From contig CACJML010000001.1 of NCBI GenBank assembly GCA_902594515.1, positions 78,121 through 142,120 of the forward strand: a stretch of DNA of 64,000 nucleotides, in the 5' to 3' direction. Position numbers and translations under genes: made by a program. The notes under the pieces are model-generated. The model was not told where the DNA came from. It was given only the letters and a program-made list of their open reading frames with translations, and did no database searches. Source of the stretch: an uncultured SAR86 cluster bacterium (GTDB lineage: Bacteria > Pseudomonadota > Gammaproteobacteria > Magnimaribacterales > D2472). Of the stretch, positions 47,271 through 56,520 are shown one piece after another (within the stretch, counting starts at the first letter, position 1; every line of letters starts with the position of its first letter).

Positions 47271-48944
47271 ATGACTAAAAGAAAACATTCAAGCAAATTA
47301 GTAGATGGCCCATTACAGGCCGCTTCAAGATCAATGCTAAGAGGTGTTGGGTTTTCTTCAGAGGATTTCAAAAAACCATTAGTAGGAGTTGCTTCCACCT
47401 GGTCAAAAGTTACGCCCTGCAATATGCATATTAACGATTTGGCTGAGATCGTTGAGCAATCAATTGATGAATCAAATTGTAAAGCAGTCTTATTTAATAC
47501 TATTACAGTATCTGATGGTATTTCGATGGGAACTGAGGGCATGAAATACTCATTGGTCTCAAGGGAGGTGATAGCTGATTCAATTGAAACGGTTGTTGGT
47601 TGTCTTGGTTATGATGGCTTAGTTGCAATCGGTGGATGTGATAAAAATATGCCAGGAGCCCTGATTGGGATGGCAAGATTAAATAGACCATCTCTTTTTA
47701 TCTACGGCGGATCTATCAAGCCCAGTCATGAAAATACAGATTATGTAACTGTCTGTGAGAAGACTGGAGAGTACGCAAAAGGAGATATTTCTGAAGACGA
47801 ACTCATTAGAATTGAAGAAATTTCTGTTAAAGGCCCAGGCTCATGCGGAGGCATGTACACAGCTAATACGATGGCTTCAGCCATAGAAGCTCTTGGAATG
47901 AGTCTTCCTGGCAGCAGTAGTCAAGATGCTATCTCTAAAAATAAAAAACAAGATTGCAAAGAGGCAGGTGCAGCGATAGAACATTTAATCGAATTAGATT
48001 TAAAGCCTTCAGATATTATGACCAGAGAAGCTTTTGAAAATGCCATAACTGCGGTTATTGCTCTAGGTGGATCTACAAATGCAGTGCTGCATCTTTTGGC
48101 AATGGCAGATGCAATTGGAGTTGATTTGCATTTAGATGATTTTTCTAGGATTGGTGAAAATGTTCCCGTTATTGCTGATATCAAACCATTTGGCAATCAT
48201 TTTATGTCTGAGCTGAATGAGCAAGGTGGAATTTCGCCCGTTTTAAAAATGTTACTGGATAAAAATTTACTCCATGGGGATTGTTTAACGGTAACAGGAA
48301 AAACGGTTGCTGAAAATCTTGAAAATATCAGTCCTTATAATTCCAGTCAGGGCATTATTAAGTCTCTCGAAGATCCAATAAAAGGAAGTAGTCATCTTAG
48401 AATTCTTTACGGTAACTTAGCACCTGAAGGAGCAGTTGCTAAGATTACGGGCCAAGAAGGAACTACTTTTGAAGGGAAGGCAAGAGTTTTCAACTCTGAA
48501 GAAGACGGTAATCAAGCTATTCTCAACAAGGAAATAAAAGCAGGAGATGTTGTGGTGATCCGTTATGAGGGTCCAAAAGGTGGCCCTGGTATGAGAGAAA
48601 TGCTAAAACCGACTTCAGCCATAATGGGACAAGGTCTTGGCGATAAAGTTGCATTTATTACAGATGGAAGGTTTTCAGGTGGGACTCATGGGTTTGTTGT
48701 AGGTCATATCTCTCCAGAAGCAGAAGTTGGAGGACCAATTGCATTAATTGAAGATGATGATCTTATTAGAATTGATGCTGAATCAAATGAACTAATCCTT
48801 TTGGTTGATGAGGAAATTTTGCAAGAAAGAAAAAGAAATTTGAAAAATATCAATACGTCCCCAAAAAAGGGTGTGCTGGCTAAATACAAACATTTAGTTG
48901 GCAGCGCATCTAAAGGAGCTGTCACTGATTCATATGATCAATAG
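47271..48944 (+). CDS. ilvD: Dihydroxy-acid dehydratase
   Basis: 557 aa. It has ..[10 protein letters not shown].. and the C-terminal ..[11 protein letters not shown]... Confidence 0.96.
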   Translation: MTKRKHSSKLVDGPLQAASRSMLRGVGFSSEDFKKPLVGVASTWSKVTPCNMHINDLAEIVEQSIDESNCKAVLFNTITVSDGISMGTEGMKYSLVSREVIADSIETVVGCLGYDGLVAIGGCDKNMPGALIGMARLNRPSLFIYGGSIKPSHENTDYVTVCEKTGEYAKGDISEDELIRIEEISVKGPGSCGGMYTANTMASAIEALGMSLPGSSSQDAISKNKKQDCKEAGAAIEHLIELDLKPSDIMTREAFENAITAVIALGGSTNAVLHLLAMADAIGVDLHLDDFSRIGENVPVIADIKPFGNHFMSELNEQGGISPVLKMLLDKNLLHGDCLTVTGKTVAENLENISPYNSSQGIIKSLEDPIKGSSHLRILYGNLAPEGAVAKITGQEGTTFEGKARVFNSEEDGNQAILNKEIKAGDVVVIRYEGPKGGPGMREMLKPTSAIMGQGLGDKVAFITDGRFSGGTHGFVVGHISPEAEVGGPIALIEDDDLIRIDAESNELILLVDEEILQERKRNLKNINTSPKKGVLAKYKHLVGSASKGAVTDSYDQ

Positions 48945-49929
48945 AAAATACCCAAGCACAAGGCTTAGAAGACTTCGACAATCTAAAACAATAAGAGATT
49001 TAGTTGCTGAAAATACTGTTTCCAGTAACGATCTAATTGAGCCAATGTTCTTAGTAAACTCTAAATCAGATGCAGGCCCTGTAAACTCGATGCCTGGTGT
49101 TGAGAGGTTTGAAAAAGATCAGCTTTTTAGAGAAATTGAGGAAAGTATTAAACATGGCATCAAGGCGTTTGCTATTTTTCCAGTTGTACCAAGTGATTTG
49201 AAGGATGAAAGCGGCTCATATGCTTTATCAGCAGATAATTTTTTGATTAATTTTCTTAGAGAGTTTAGTGAAAGATATCCTGATGTAATTTCAATTGCAG
49301 ATGTTGCGCTGGATCCATATACATCTCACGGGCATGATGGAATATTGGCCAATGACATTGTTCTAAATGATGAAACTAATGAGCTCTTAGGAAAACAGGC
49401 TGTATTACTTGCAGATGCTGGCGCTAGTATCGTAGCACCATCTGACATGATGGATGGAAGAATTGGCGTCATAAGGTCAGCTTTGGACGCAAATAAAAAT
49501 AAAGACACCATTATCTTATCTTATGCAGCAAAATTTGCTTCTTCGTTTTATGGTCCATTTAGGGATGCGGTCGGCTCCAAAACCAATCTTGCAGGTGCAT
49601 CAAAAAAAACATATCAAATGGATGTAAGAAATTCAGATGAAGCATTGCACGAAGTTGCAATTGATGTAGATGAGGGTGCGGATATTGTTATGATTAAGCC
49701 CGGTATGCCGTATTTAGATATCATTTCCAAGGTAAAAGAAAAGTTTCAAATGCCTACTTTTGCATATCAGGTGAGCGGTGAATACAGCATGCTTTCGAAT
49801 GCTATAAGCCAAGGATTGCTTGATAAAAGCGTTATGCTAGAATCGATTGTAAGTTTAAAAAGAGCTGGATCTGATGCAGTTCTTACCTACGCTGCAAAGC
49901 AAATTGCCAAGGAGATAAAAGATGAGTAA
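48934..49929 (+). CDS. hemB: Porphobilinogen synthase (Mg-type, Zn-independent)
   Basis: The start is ATG 48934 ([17 protein letters not shown]..). The metal-site region reads [14 protein letters not shown], which is Asp-rich like P. aeruginosa HemB, rather than the Cys-rich Zn motif. Confidence 0.93.
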   Translation: MINRKYPSTRLRRLRQSKTIRDLVAENTVSSNDLIEPMFLVNSKSDAGPVNSMPGVERFEKDQLFREIEESIKHGIKAFAIFPVVPSDLKDESGSYALSADNFLINFLREFSERYPDVISIADVALDPYTSHGHDGILANDIVLNDETNELLGKQAVLLADAGASIVAPSDMMDGRIGVIRSALDANKNKDTIILSYAAKFASSFYGPFRDAVGSKTNLAGASKKTYQMDVRNSDEALHEVAIDVDEGADIVMIKPGMPYLDIISKVKEKFQMPTFAYQVSGEYSMLSNAISQGLLDKSVMLESIVSLKRAGSDAVLTYAAKQIAKEIKDE

Positions 49930-50248
49930 TGGTGTTTTAGAAGTTTCAAATGATAATTTTGAGTCCGAAGTTGTGAATAGTGAAAAACCAGTACTTGTAG
50001 ATTTTTGGGCTGAGTGGTGCGGGCCATGCAAACAAATTGCCCCTGTAGTTGAAGAAATAGCTGATGAACATTCAGATAAGTTAAAAGTTTGCAAGATGGA
50101 TGTTGACGCAAATAGAGAAACGGCCGTTCAATTTGGAATTAGATCTATACCAACATTATTGATTTTTAAAAATGGTGAAGTTGCAGGATCACAAATCGGG
50201 GCAGTTAGTAAGCAGCAGCTTTTAGAGTTTATTCAAGCAGAAATATAA
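49922..50248 (+). CDS. trxA: Thioredoxin
   Basis: 108 aa with the WAEWCGPCK active site. It lies upstream of rho, as in E. coli. Confidence 0.96.
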   Translation: MSNGVLEVSNDNFESEVVNSEKPVLVDFWAEWCGPCKQIAPVVEEIADEHSDKLKVCKMDVDANRETAVQFGIRSIPTLLIFKNGEVAGSQIGAVSKQQLLEFIQAEI

Positions 50249-50343
50249 TTTTGCATCTTTAGCAAAAAGCTACTATCATTCGCATATCACGGTCTTTTGA
50301 CCACCATTCATTGTAATTTTTCTTTTCCAGAGGACAAAACCAT

Positions 50344-51621
50344 ATGAATTTATCAGAGATTAAAACTAAATCTATTAGTGATTTAATTGATATTGCTACC
50401 GATCTTGGCATCGAAGATGTCGGGCGACTTAAAAAGCAAGACATAATTTTTAGGATTTTTAAGCAACAAGCCAGTGAGGGAAGTGATATTTTCGGTGGCG
50501 GTGTTTTGGAAATACTTAATGATGGTTTTGGTTTTTTGAGATCGACTGAGAATTCTTACTGTACCAGTGCAGATGATATTTATGTTTCACCAAGCCAAGT
50601 TAGAAAGTTTGCGCTTAGAAAAGGTGATGAAGTTCAAGGCAAGATAAGGCCGCCCAAGGATCAAGAAAGATATTTTGCGCTTGTCCAAATCGATACCATC
50701 AATGGAGAAACACCAGATAAGGCTAAAAAGAAAATACTATTTGAAAATCTGACTCCTCTCTTTCCTAATAATAGACTAATGCTTGAGCAAGGCACTGGAT
50801 CAAATGCTGACATCTCATCAAGGGTTATTGATTTAACTGCTCCTATCGGTAAAGGCCAACGTGGCTTAATTGTGTCGCCTCCCAAAGCAGGTAAAACCTT
50901 AATGCTTCAAAGTATTGCTCACTCAATTACAAAAAATAATCCTGAAGTCGAGTTAATTGTCTTGTTAATTGATGAGAGACCTGAAGAGGTTACCGACATG
51001 AGTCGAACTGTAAGAGGAGAAGTGGTTGCCAGTACTTTTGATGAGCCTCCAACTAGACATGTTCAAGTTGCGGATATGGTGATTGAAAAGGCTAAACGCT
51101 TAACTGAACATAAGAAAGATGTTGTTATATTGCTTGATTCAATCACTAGGCTGGGAAGAGCTTATAATGCAGTGCAACCAGCTTCGGGGAAGATACTTTC
51201 TGGAGGTGTAGATTCAAATGCGCTAGAAAGACCAAAAAGATTTTTTGGAGCGGCTAGAAATCTTGAAGAGGGCGGAAGTCTTACTATCATTGCAACTGCT
51301 TTAGTGGATACTGGTTCAAAAATGGATGAAGTAATTTATGAAGAATTTAAGGGCACGGGAAATATGGAGATTCATCTGGAAAGAAACATTGCTGAAAAAA
51401 GAATCTATCCTGCTATAAATATTAGACGTTCAGGAACTCGAAGAGAGGACTTACTTACCACTGATGAAGAACTACAAAGAATGATAATTTTAAGAAAACT
51501 TCTAGATGATATGGAAGATGCTCAAGCTATCGAGTGGCTGATAGAGAAACTTAAAATGACAAAGACTAATGATGAATTCTTTGCTGCAATGCGAAGTGGA
51601 AACGGAAAGAAGAAAAGTTAG
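50344..51621 (+). CDS. rho: Transcription termination factor Rho
   Basis: It has the N-terminal [18 protein letters not shown], the RNA-binding GFGFLRS, and the Walker A motif PPKAGKT. Confidence 0.97.
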   Translation: MNLSEIKTKSISDLIDIATDLGIEDVGRLKKQDIIFRIFKQQASEGSDIFGGGVLEILNDGFGFLRSTENSYCTSADDIYVSPSQVRKFALRKGDEVQGKIRPPKDQERYFALVQIDTINGETPDKAKKKILFENLTPLFPNNRLMLEQGTGSNADISSRVIDLTAPIGKGQRGLIVSPPKAGKTLMLQSIAHSITKNNPEVELIVLLIDERPEEVTDMSRTVRGEVVASTFDEPPTRHVQVADMVIEKAKRLTEHKKDVVILLDSITRLGRAYNAVQPASGKILSGGVDSNALERPKRFFGAARNLEEGGSLTIIATALVDTGSKMDEVIYEEFKGTGNMEIHLERNIAEKRIYPAINIRRSGTRREDLLTTDEELQRMIILRKLLDDMEDAQAIEWLIEKLKMTKTNDEFFAAMRSGNGKKKS

Positions 51622-52328
51622 TTAATTTTTATACAAGCATCAATCATATCTTCATCGATTGCACTGCTCGCCTGAACAATCTTACCTGATACCTTGCTAA
51701 CATGATTGGCTATTCTCGTTGATGGAATTATCCATGTTGTGCTTGATAAAGCCTTTTTAGAAAGGTCTGCAGTTAGAGCATCAAAAATATTTGTGCTGTA
51801 AATAAAGACAATGTTTTCGGAGGACTCTAATTCTTTTTGTAAATTCTTAACCATTTCATGATTTATTTCTAAATCATGAGATGCAATATAAACTACTTCT
51901 GTTTCTTCATTGCTTGAGATACTTTTCTCGGACCATGAATTGCTAAAAATAATTACTTTTTTTAATCCCTCATCTTGCATCAGCAGTCCAAGTCCTTCAG
52001 ATTGAAATTCTTTAGGGATTAGACTATGAAGACCATGGTTTGAAAGATTTTCTTGAGTAGATGGGCCGACTGCAAGGAATTTTGCATTGCATTCCTCTAG
52101 AGAGATAAAATCTTGAACAATTTTTATCCCGTACTTTACTGCTGCGGCACTGGTAAAAGCTATGCCATCAAAAGTATGAATATCTTTGAGTATCTCAATA
52201 TCGGCTGATGTTAAGTTTTTGCGTTGTTTAATATCTGATAATGGAAATGAAGTATGTTCAATATTTAATGCTTCTAATTTATAGCTAAGCTTTCTTGCTT
52301 GTTTGTGTGGTCTGGTATTAATGATCAT
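51618..52328 (-). CDS. hemD: Uroporphyrinogen-III synthase
   Basis: 236 aa. It lies immediately downstream of hemC with a 1-nt overlap, and has the weakly conserved HemD-like layout. Confidence 0.7.
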   Translation of the reverse strand: MIINTRPHKQARKLSYKLEALNIEHTSFPLSDIKQRKNLTSADIEILKDIHTFDGIAFTSAAAVKYGIKIVQDFISLEECNAKFLAVGPSTQENLSNHGLHSLIPKEFQSEGLGLLMQDEGLKKVIIFSNSWSEKSISSNEETEVVYIASHDLEINHEMVKNLQKELESSENIVFIYSTNIFDALTADLSKKALSSTTWIIPSTRIANHVSKVSGKIVQASSAIDEDMIDACIKIN

Positions 52329-53239
52329 TAATTTGAAATTAATTCTTTGATTTTTAAATCTTCTATTTTATTAAATAACTCTAAATAAAATTGATCTAAT
52401 TCAGCTTCAATGAAACACATATCAATTTTTTCTACTTTTAAGCTTTTGTGATCAAACGCACGAAGATTCACCTCGAACGTACTTTCTTTTATTTTTTTGC
52501 AAATCAAAGCAATTGCAGAGTTACAGTCACCTTCTAAATATTTAATAATTTTTCTCTCAACAGAGGCAATAAAGTATGTTTCATGATGATTAATGCTTTT
52601 AATGATTTCTAATTTCTGTGGATTTATATCTCTACCCACTTCAATTCCAATTATTGCTTGTGTCGCTGCAGGAAGCATTACTGATGAATCAATTTTCTCT
52701 ACATTTTCTAAATTTAACTGAAGTCTATCCAGAGCAGCTGTCGCTATAACTAATGCATCAAATTCATTATCTTTTAACTTTTTTATTCTTGTATGAATAT
52801 TGCCTCTAACTGGACACACTTCCAAAGAAGGATTGAATAATTTGACTTGTGCTGCACGTCTAGGAGATGAGGTTGCGACAATTGATTTATCTTTTAGCTG
52901 GTGAAGGGTTATTGATTCTTTAAAAATAATTGAATCGGAAGGGTTAGCCCGCTCTAGAGTGGCTACTATTTGGAATTCATCATTAAGATCTGCTGGAACA
53001 TCTTTAAGGCTATGCACCGCAATGTCTGCATCACCCATCACTAATGCTTCTTCAAGTCGTTTAACAAAGACACCTTTTCCACCTAATTCATGAATTGGCC
53101 TTAAGTCCTTGTCACCTTCAGAATCAAGGGGTATCAACTCACAAATACAATCTGGATGCTTATCAATGATTGCTTGTTTTACAGCTTCGGCTTGATAAAG
53201 GGCTAAAGGAGATTTTCGTGTTGCAATTTTTATTTCCAT
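52328..53239 (-). CDS. hemC: Hydroxymethylbilane synthase (porphobilinogen deaminase)
   Basis: It has IKIATRKSPLALYQAE.., ..HSLKDVP.. and ..RGNIHTRIKKL... Confidence 0.93.
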   Translation of the reverse strand: MEIKIATRKSPLALYQAEAVKQAIIDKHPDCICELIPLDSEGDKDLRPIHELGGKGVFVKRLEEALVMGDADIAVHSLKDVPADLNDEFQIVATLERANPSDSIIFKESITLHQLKDKSIVATSSPRRAAQVKLFNPSLEVCPVRGNIHTRIKKLKDNEFDALVIATAALDRLQLNLENVEKIDSSVMLPAATQAIIGIEVGRDINPQKLEIIKSINHHETYFIASVERKIIKYLEGDCNSAIALICKKIKESTFEVNLRAFDHKSLKVEKIDMCFIEAELDQFYLELFNKIEDLKIKELISN

Positions 53240-53787
53240 TGAATGAGTTGTCCTTTTGCTTCTCCTACTTTTTTTTCTCTTATGGCTTTTAAAGTATCGG
53301 GTATATTAATGGAGATTCTTGCTGCATGCTCTAAAAAAATAAAACCATTCTTTGAAAGCATTTTATTTAAAGCAATAGCTTCTAATAGAATTTCATAATC
53401 TTTGAACTCGTAGGGAGGATCCATAAAAATAAGGTCAAATACTTCTTCATTGCCATGCATCCATGCAGAAACATCAGCTCTAATGCATTCACACTTATCC
53501 TTATAATTAAGCTCACCAGTTAATTTATTAATCTTATTGATGTGATCTTTTGTATGATCAACAAATGTAACCTTTGATGCACTTCGAGAGAGACATTCCA
53601 GACCAAGACTTCCAGTCCCTGCAAATAAATCCAAGCAATTTGAATCCAGAATATTGAATTGCACCCAATCAAAAGCAATTTTTTTTAAACGATCACTGGT
53701 AGGCCTTAATTTTGAACTAGGTCTAAAATTTATCTTGAATCCCTTGTTAGAACCACTGATAATTCTTATGCTTGGATTAGTTTTCAA
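53230..53787 (-). CDS. rsmD: 16S rRNA (guanine966-N2)-methyltransferase
   Basis: It has IRIISGSNKG, the SAM motif DLFAGTGSLGLE, and the FMDPPY motif. Confidence 0.88.
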   Translation of the reverse strand: MKTNPSIRIISGSNKGFKINFRPSSKLRPTSDRLKKIAFDWVQFNILDSNCLDLFAGTGSLGLECLSRSASKVTFVDHTKDHINKINKLTGELNYKDKCECIRADVSAWMHGNEEVFDLIFMDPPYEFKDYEILLEAIALNKMLSKNGFIFLEHAARISINIPDTLKAIREKKVGEAKGQLIQWK

Positions 53788-53810
53788 TATTTCTAAAAGT
53801 AAGTTTATAA

Positions 53811-54275
53811 ATGTTACAACAAGAATTCCTAAAATCGATGAGATATTTAGCTGCCTCAGTCAGTATTATCTCTGCAAAGGATTCAAATGATAAGCCTTAT
53901 GCAATGACGGCATCCTCAGTTACTTCTTTAACTCTTGAACCCCCATCAATCTTGGTATGCGTCAATCATGATGCATCAATTCATGACCATCTATTAAATG
54001 ATGAGGCTAAGTTTTGCGTTAATTTGCTCAAGCAAAATCAACAAGACATCGCTACACTCTGCAGCATCAAAGAAAAAGAAGATCAAAGATTTGAAGATAA
54101 AAATTGGAATTTAGACAGTGTCCCTTTTTTACAAGGCTCTCAATCGAATTTATTTTGTAACGTTAAGAAATATTTAGACTATGAAACCCATACTATAATA
54201 ATTGGAGAGGTTTATAAATCTCATAACGATGATGACTTTGACACTTTGATGTATGCAAATGGAAAATACTTATAA
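53811..54275 (+). CDS. Flavin reductase-like domain protein
   Basis: ..MRYLAASVSIISAKDSNDKPYAMTASSVTSLTLEPPSILVCVN.. is typical of the HpaC/RutF-type flavin reductase domain. Confidence 0.8.
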   Translation: MLQQEFLKSMRYLAASVSIISAKDSNDKPYAMTASSVTSLTLEPPSILVCVNHDASIHDHLLNDEAKFCVNLLKQNQQDIATLCSIKEKEDQRFEDKNWNLDSVPFLQGSQSNLFCNVKKYLDYETHTIIIGEVYKSHNDDDFDTLMYANGKYL

Positions 54276-54696
54276 CTTATTAAAATCATTCTTATCTTTG
54301 TTGTTATGTGCCTTGTGTGCATTATCAATGTTTCATTTGTATGGAGAAGAAACAGAACCTCAGGCATATGTAATTTCTCCAAAAAATGGTGATATTGTTT
54401 CGAGTCCCTTCAAGGTTATATTTGGCCTTAAGAATTTTGGTGTTGTGCCTGCAGGCATTGACCTTGAATTTGCAGGGCACCATCACCTCTTCGTCAACAG
54501 CCCAGGAATAGATTATTCAAAACCAATTCCAGCTGATAAAAATCATTTACATTTTGGAAAAGGGCAGACTGAAACTGTCCTTGATTTAGAGCCAGGTGAA
54601 TATCAACTTCAATTAGTTCTAGGTAATTATTTGCATATCCCCTTTAACCCGAGCATTGAATCAAAAATAATTTCAATAAAAGTTAAAGCCAATTAG
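54253..54696 (+). CDS. DUF4399-family secreted protein
   Basis: It has a signal peptide, then ..PKNGDIVSSPFKVIFGLKNFGVVPAG..AGHHHLFVN..HLHFGKGQTE..LEPGEYQLQLVLG.., which matches my recollection of DUF4399. It overlaps the flavin reductase gene end by 23 nt. Confidence 0.7.
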   Translation: MQMENTYNLLKSFLSLLLCALCALSMFHLYGEETEPQAYVISPKNGDIVSSPFKVIFGLKNFGVVPAGIDLEFAGHHHLFVNSPGIDYSKPIPADKNHLHFGKGQTETVLDLEPGEYQLQLVLGNYLHIPFNPSIESKIISIKVKAN

Positions 54697-55331
54697 CTTT
54701 TAATTAATGCGTCAATTGAAGAATTCATAAAGGGAACAATATTGTCTTTTGCAGCTCTCAGAGCAGCGATTGGAGGAGGTAAAGAGTTTTCATCTTCCCC
54801 TGGAGTCTCATTGAAATTATTCAATTTGTCGTTTAGACCAACTATCCCATGTAAAAAAGCCCATACCTTGACACACTTTTCATCATATTCTCTATCATTC
54901 TTGAGCACAATATATCTTTTAATTGATGATTTGAGAGCATTGTATGAATCTAGTGCAGCACCATGAAGGTCTGGGAAATTTCTAAAATCTTTGATGACTG
55001 TACCAAACATAACCTCATAAATATTTTTGTTAGTTTGTGCAAAATCCAAATAAGCCAACATTCCATCAACTAGTGTTTTTTTTGAAATCCTGCTTGTTTT
55101 AGATGTATCCACGATTTCATCAATTGATTTTTTCATCTCGACAAATCCATAAGCAGCTACAGCGGCCAACAGCGATTCTTTAGTTTCAAAATGCCTATAG
55201 GGTGCTGTTTGAGAGACATTTGCTTCCTTGGCAATACCTCTTAAGCTAATTTTGTCATGACCATGTTCTTCACATAAGGTGCACGCACAACGGATAAGTT
55301 CTGAGCGCAAATTTCCGTGATGATATTTCAT
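54693..55331 (-). CDS. TetR/AcrR-family transcriptional repressor
   Basis: It has the N-terminal helix-turn-helix ISLRGIAKEANVSQTAPYRHFETKESL. It is divergent from an RND efflux pair. Confidence 0.9.
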   Translation of the reverse strand: MKYHHGNLRSELIRCACTLCEEHGHDKISLRGIAKEANVSQTAPYRHFETKESLLAAVAAYGFVEMKKSIDEIVDTSKTSRISKKTLVDGMLAYLDFAQTNKNIYEVMFGTVIKDFRNFPDLHGAALDSYNALKSSIKRYIVLKNDREYDEKCVKVWAFLHGIVGLNDKLNNFNETPGEDENSLPPPIAALRAAKDNIVPFMNSSIDALIKS

Positions 55332-55335
55332 ATTT

Positions 55336-55354
55336 ATGTTGACACTGTAAACAT
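55336..55354. promoter_or_regulatory. Putative TetR operator 1 (imperfect 19-bp palindrome)
   Basis: The sequence is ATGTTGACACTGTAAACAT. The arms ATGTTGAC and GTAAACAT are complementary except for one symmetric mismatch. It begins 5 nt upstream of the tetR start codon. Confidence 0.6.
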
Positions 55355-55362
55355 TTAGTACT

Positions 55363-55381
55363 ATGTTTACGCTGTAAACAT
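55363..55381. promoter_or_regulatory. Putative TetR operator 2 (19-bp palindrome)
   Basis: The sequence is ATGTTTAC-GCT-GTAAACAT, with perfect 8-bp inverted arms. Its centre is 27 bp from the centre of operator 1. Confidence 0.6.
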
Positions 55382-55522
55382 TAATTCTTAACTATAAATT
55401 TGTCAAATAAATGAAAAAATTGATATACAAAAACCAAACTCTCGTAGCTTTTTTAATTTCAGTAAGCTCTTTAAATATAATTTTGATAACTATGTTTCAA
55501 CTAACAAAGATAGGTTAATTCT

Positions 55523-56512
55523 ATGAAAAAACTTTTCTTGTTTCTTATCCTTGGAGCTTCGACTCTTTTGATGGGGCAGGATTCATTGGAGGTTTTAGAA
55601 GTTGAAATTCAAGATAGTTACAAAGAGATTAAATTAATACCAGGAAAAGTACTTCCGACTCAAATATCAAATCTTGCTTTTGAAATTCCTGGGATTGTTT
55701 ATAAGATCAATGCAGACATAGGAGATAGGTTTGCAAAGGGCGATGTCCTTGCTGAACTTGATAGCAGAGAGGTTAATGCAAATTTTATGCAAGCCGAGGC
55801 AAGGTTTAAATTATCTAAGCTTGCTCTTGATCGTTTTGAGGACCTCAAAAAAGATGGCTTTATTTCTGCACAAGAATTTGATCGTGCCAGTGCAGAATAT
55901 GATGTAGCTAAATCTGAACTAGAATTTTTCAAAGTAAAACTTTCTCAAACTAAAATCACTGCTCCATACGATGGTTTTATCCAAGATCGTATGATTGATA
56001 AAGGTACCATTATCTCTCCCGGGGCTATGATCTTTCAATTTGTAAGCTCAACTTCCGTTGAGGCACATGTCTCAATACCTAGCAACATCATTCAGAACCT
56101 TGTGATTGGACAAGAATATACATTCACTATTGAAGGTGGAAATGCAAAAGCAAAATTCTCCCGTGTTGCTCCTATGACTATTGGAGGATCAACCAATCGT
56201 TTAGCAATCTTTAGGTTTAAAGAGTTCATCAATCCTGGTTCGATAGGCTATCTCAATTATGAGAATTTAGTCCTAGAAAAAGGAGTCTGGGTTCCGTTTA
56301 GTGCTTTATCAGAATCTGACCAAGGCTTATGGAGTTTGTTTGTCCTTGCACCTGAAAATGATAGTTTTGGATCAGTAAAGGTAGTTCGAGAGCTTGTTGA
56401 GTTGTTGCATATTGAAGGTAATTTTGCTTATGTAACTGGGACCTTAACTCCGGGTGAGCAAGTTATTGTGGGTGGGGCATCAAAAGTAATTGAAGGCAAG
56501 ATCTACGATTAA
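55523..56512 (+). CDS. RND efflux periplasmic adaptor (membrane fusion protein)
   Basis: It has a signal/anchor, a lipoyl-hairpin-barrel layout, and ..GDVLAELDSREV..AEARFKLSKLALDRFEDL.. typical of the HlyD/AcrA family. Confidence 0.88.
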   Translation: MKKLFLFLILGASTLLMGQDSLEVLEVEIQDSYKEIKLIPGKVLPTQISNLAFEIPGIVYKINADIGDRFAKGDVLAELDSREVNANFMQAEARFKLSKLALDRFEDLKKDGFISAQEFDRASAEYDVAKSELEFFKVKLSQTKITAPYDGFIQDRMIDKGTIISPGAMIFQFVSSTSVEAHVSIPSNIIQNLVIGQEYTFTIEGGNAKAKFSRVAPMTIGGSTNRLAIFRFKEFINPGSIGYLNYENLVLEKGVWVPFSALSESDQGLWSLFVLAPENDSFGSVKVVRELVELLHIEGNFAYVTGTLTPGEQVIVGGASKVIEGKIYD

Positions 56513-56520
56513 TTTCCGCC

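Noticed and set aside
50249-50343. The trxA-rho spacer could be a rhoL-like leader or an autoregulatory rut site.
   Set aside because: I counted about 22 C against 11 G in 95 nt, which is compatible with a rut-like leader. However, there is no leader peptide ORF, no clear structure and no way to test it by eye, so I left it unannotated.
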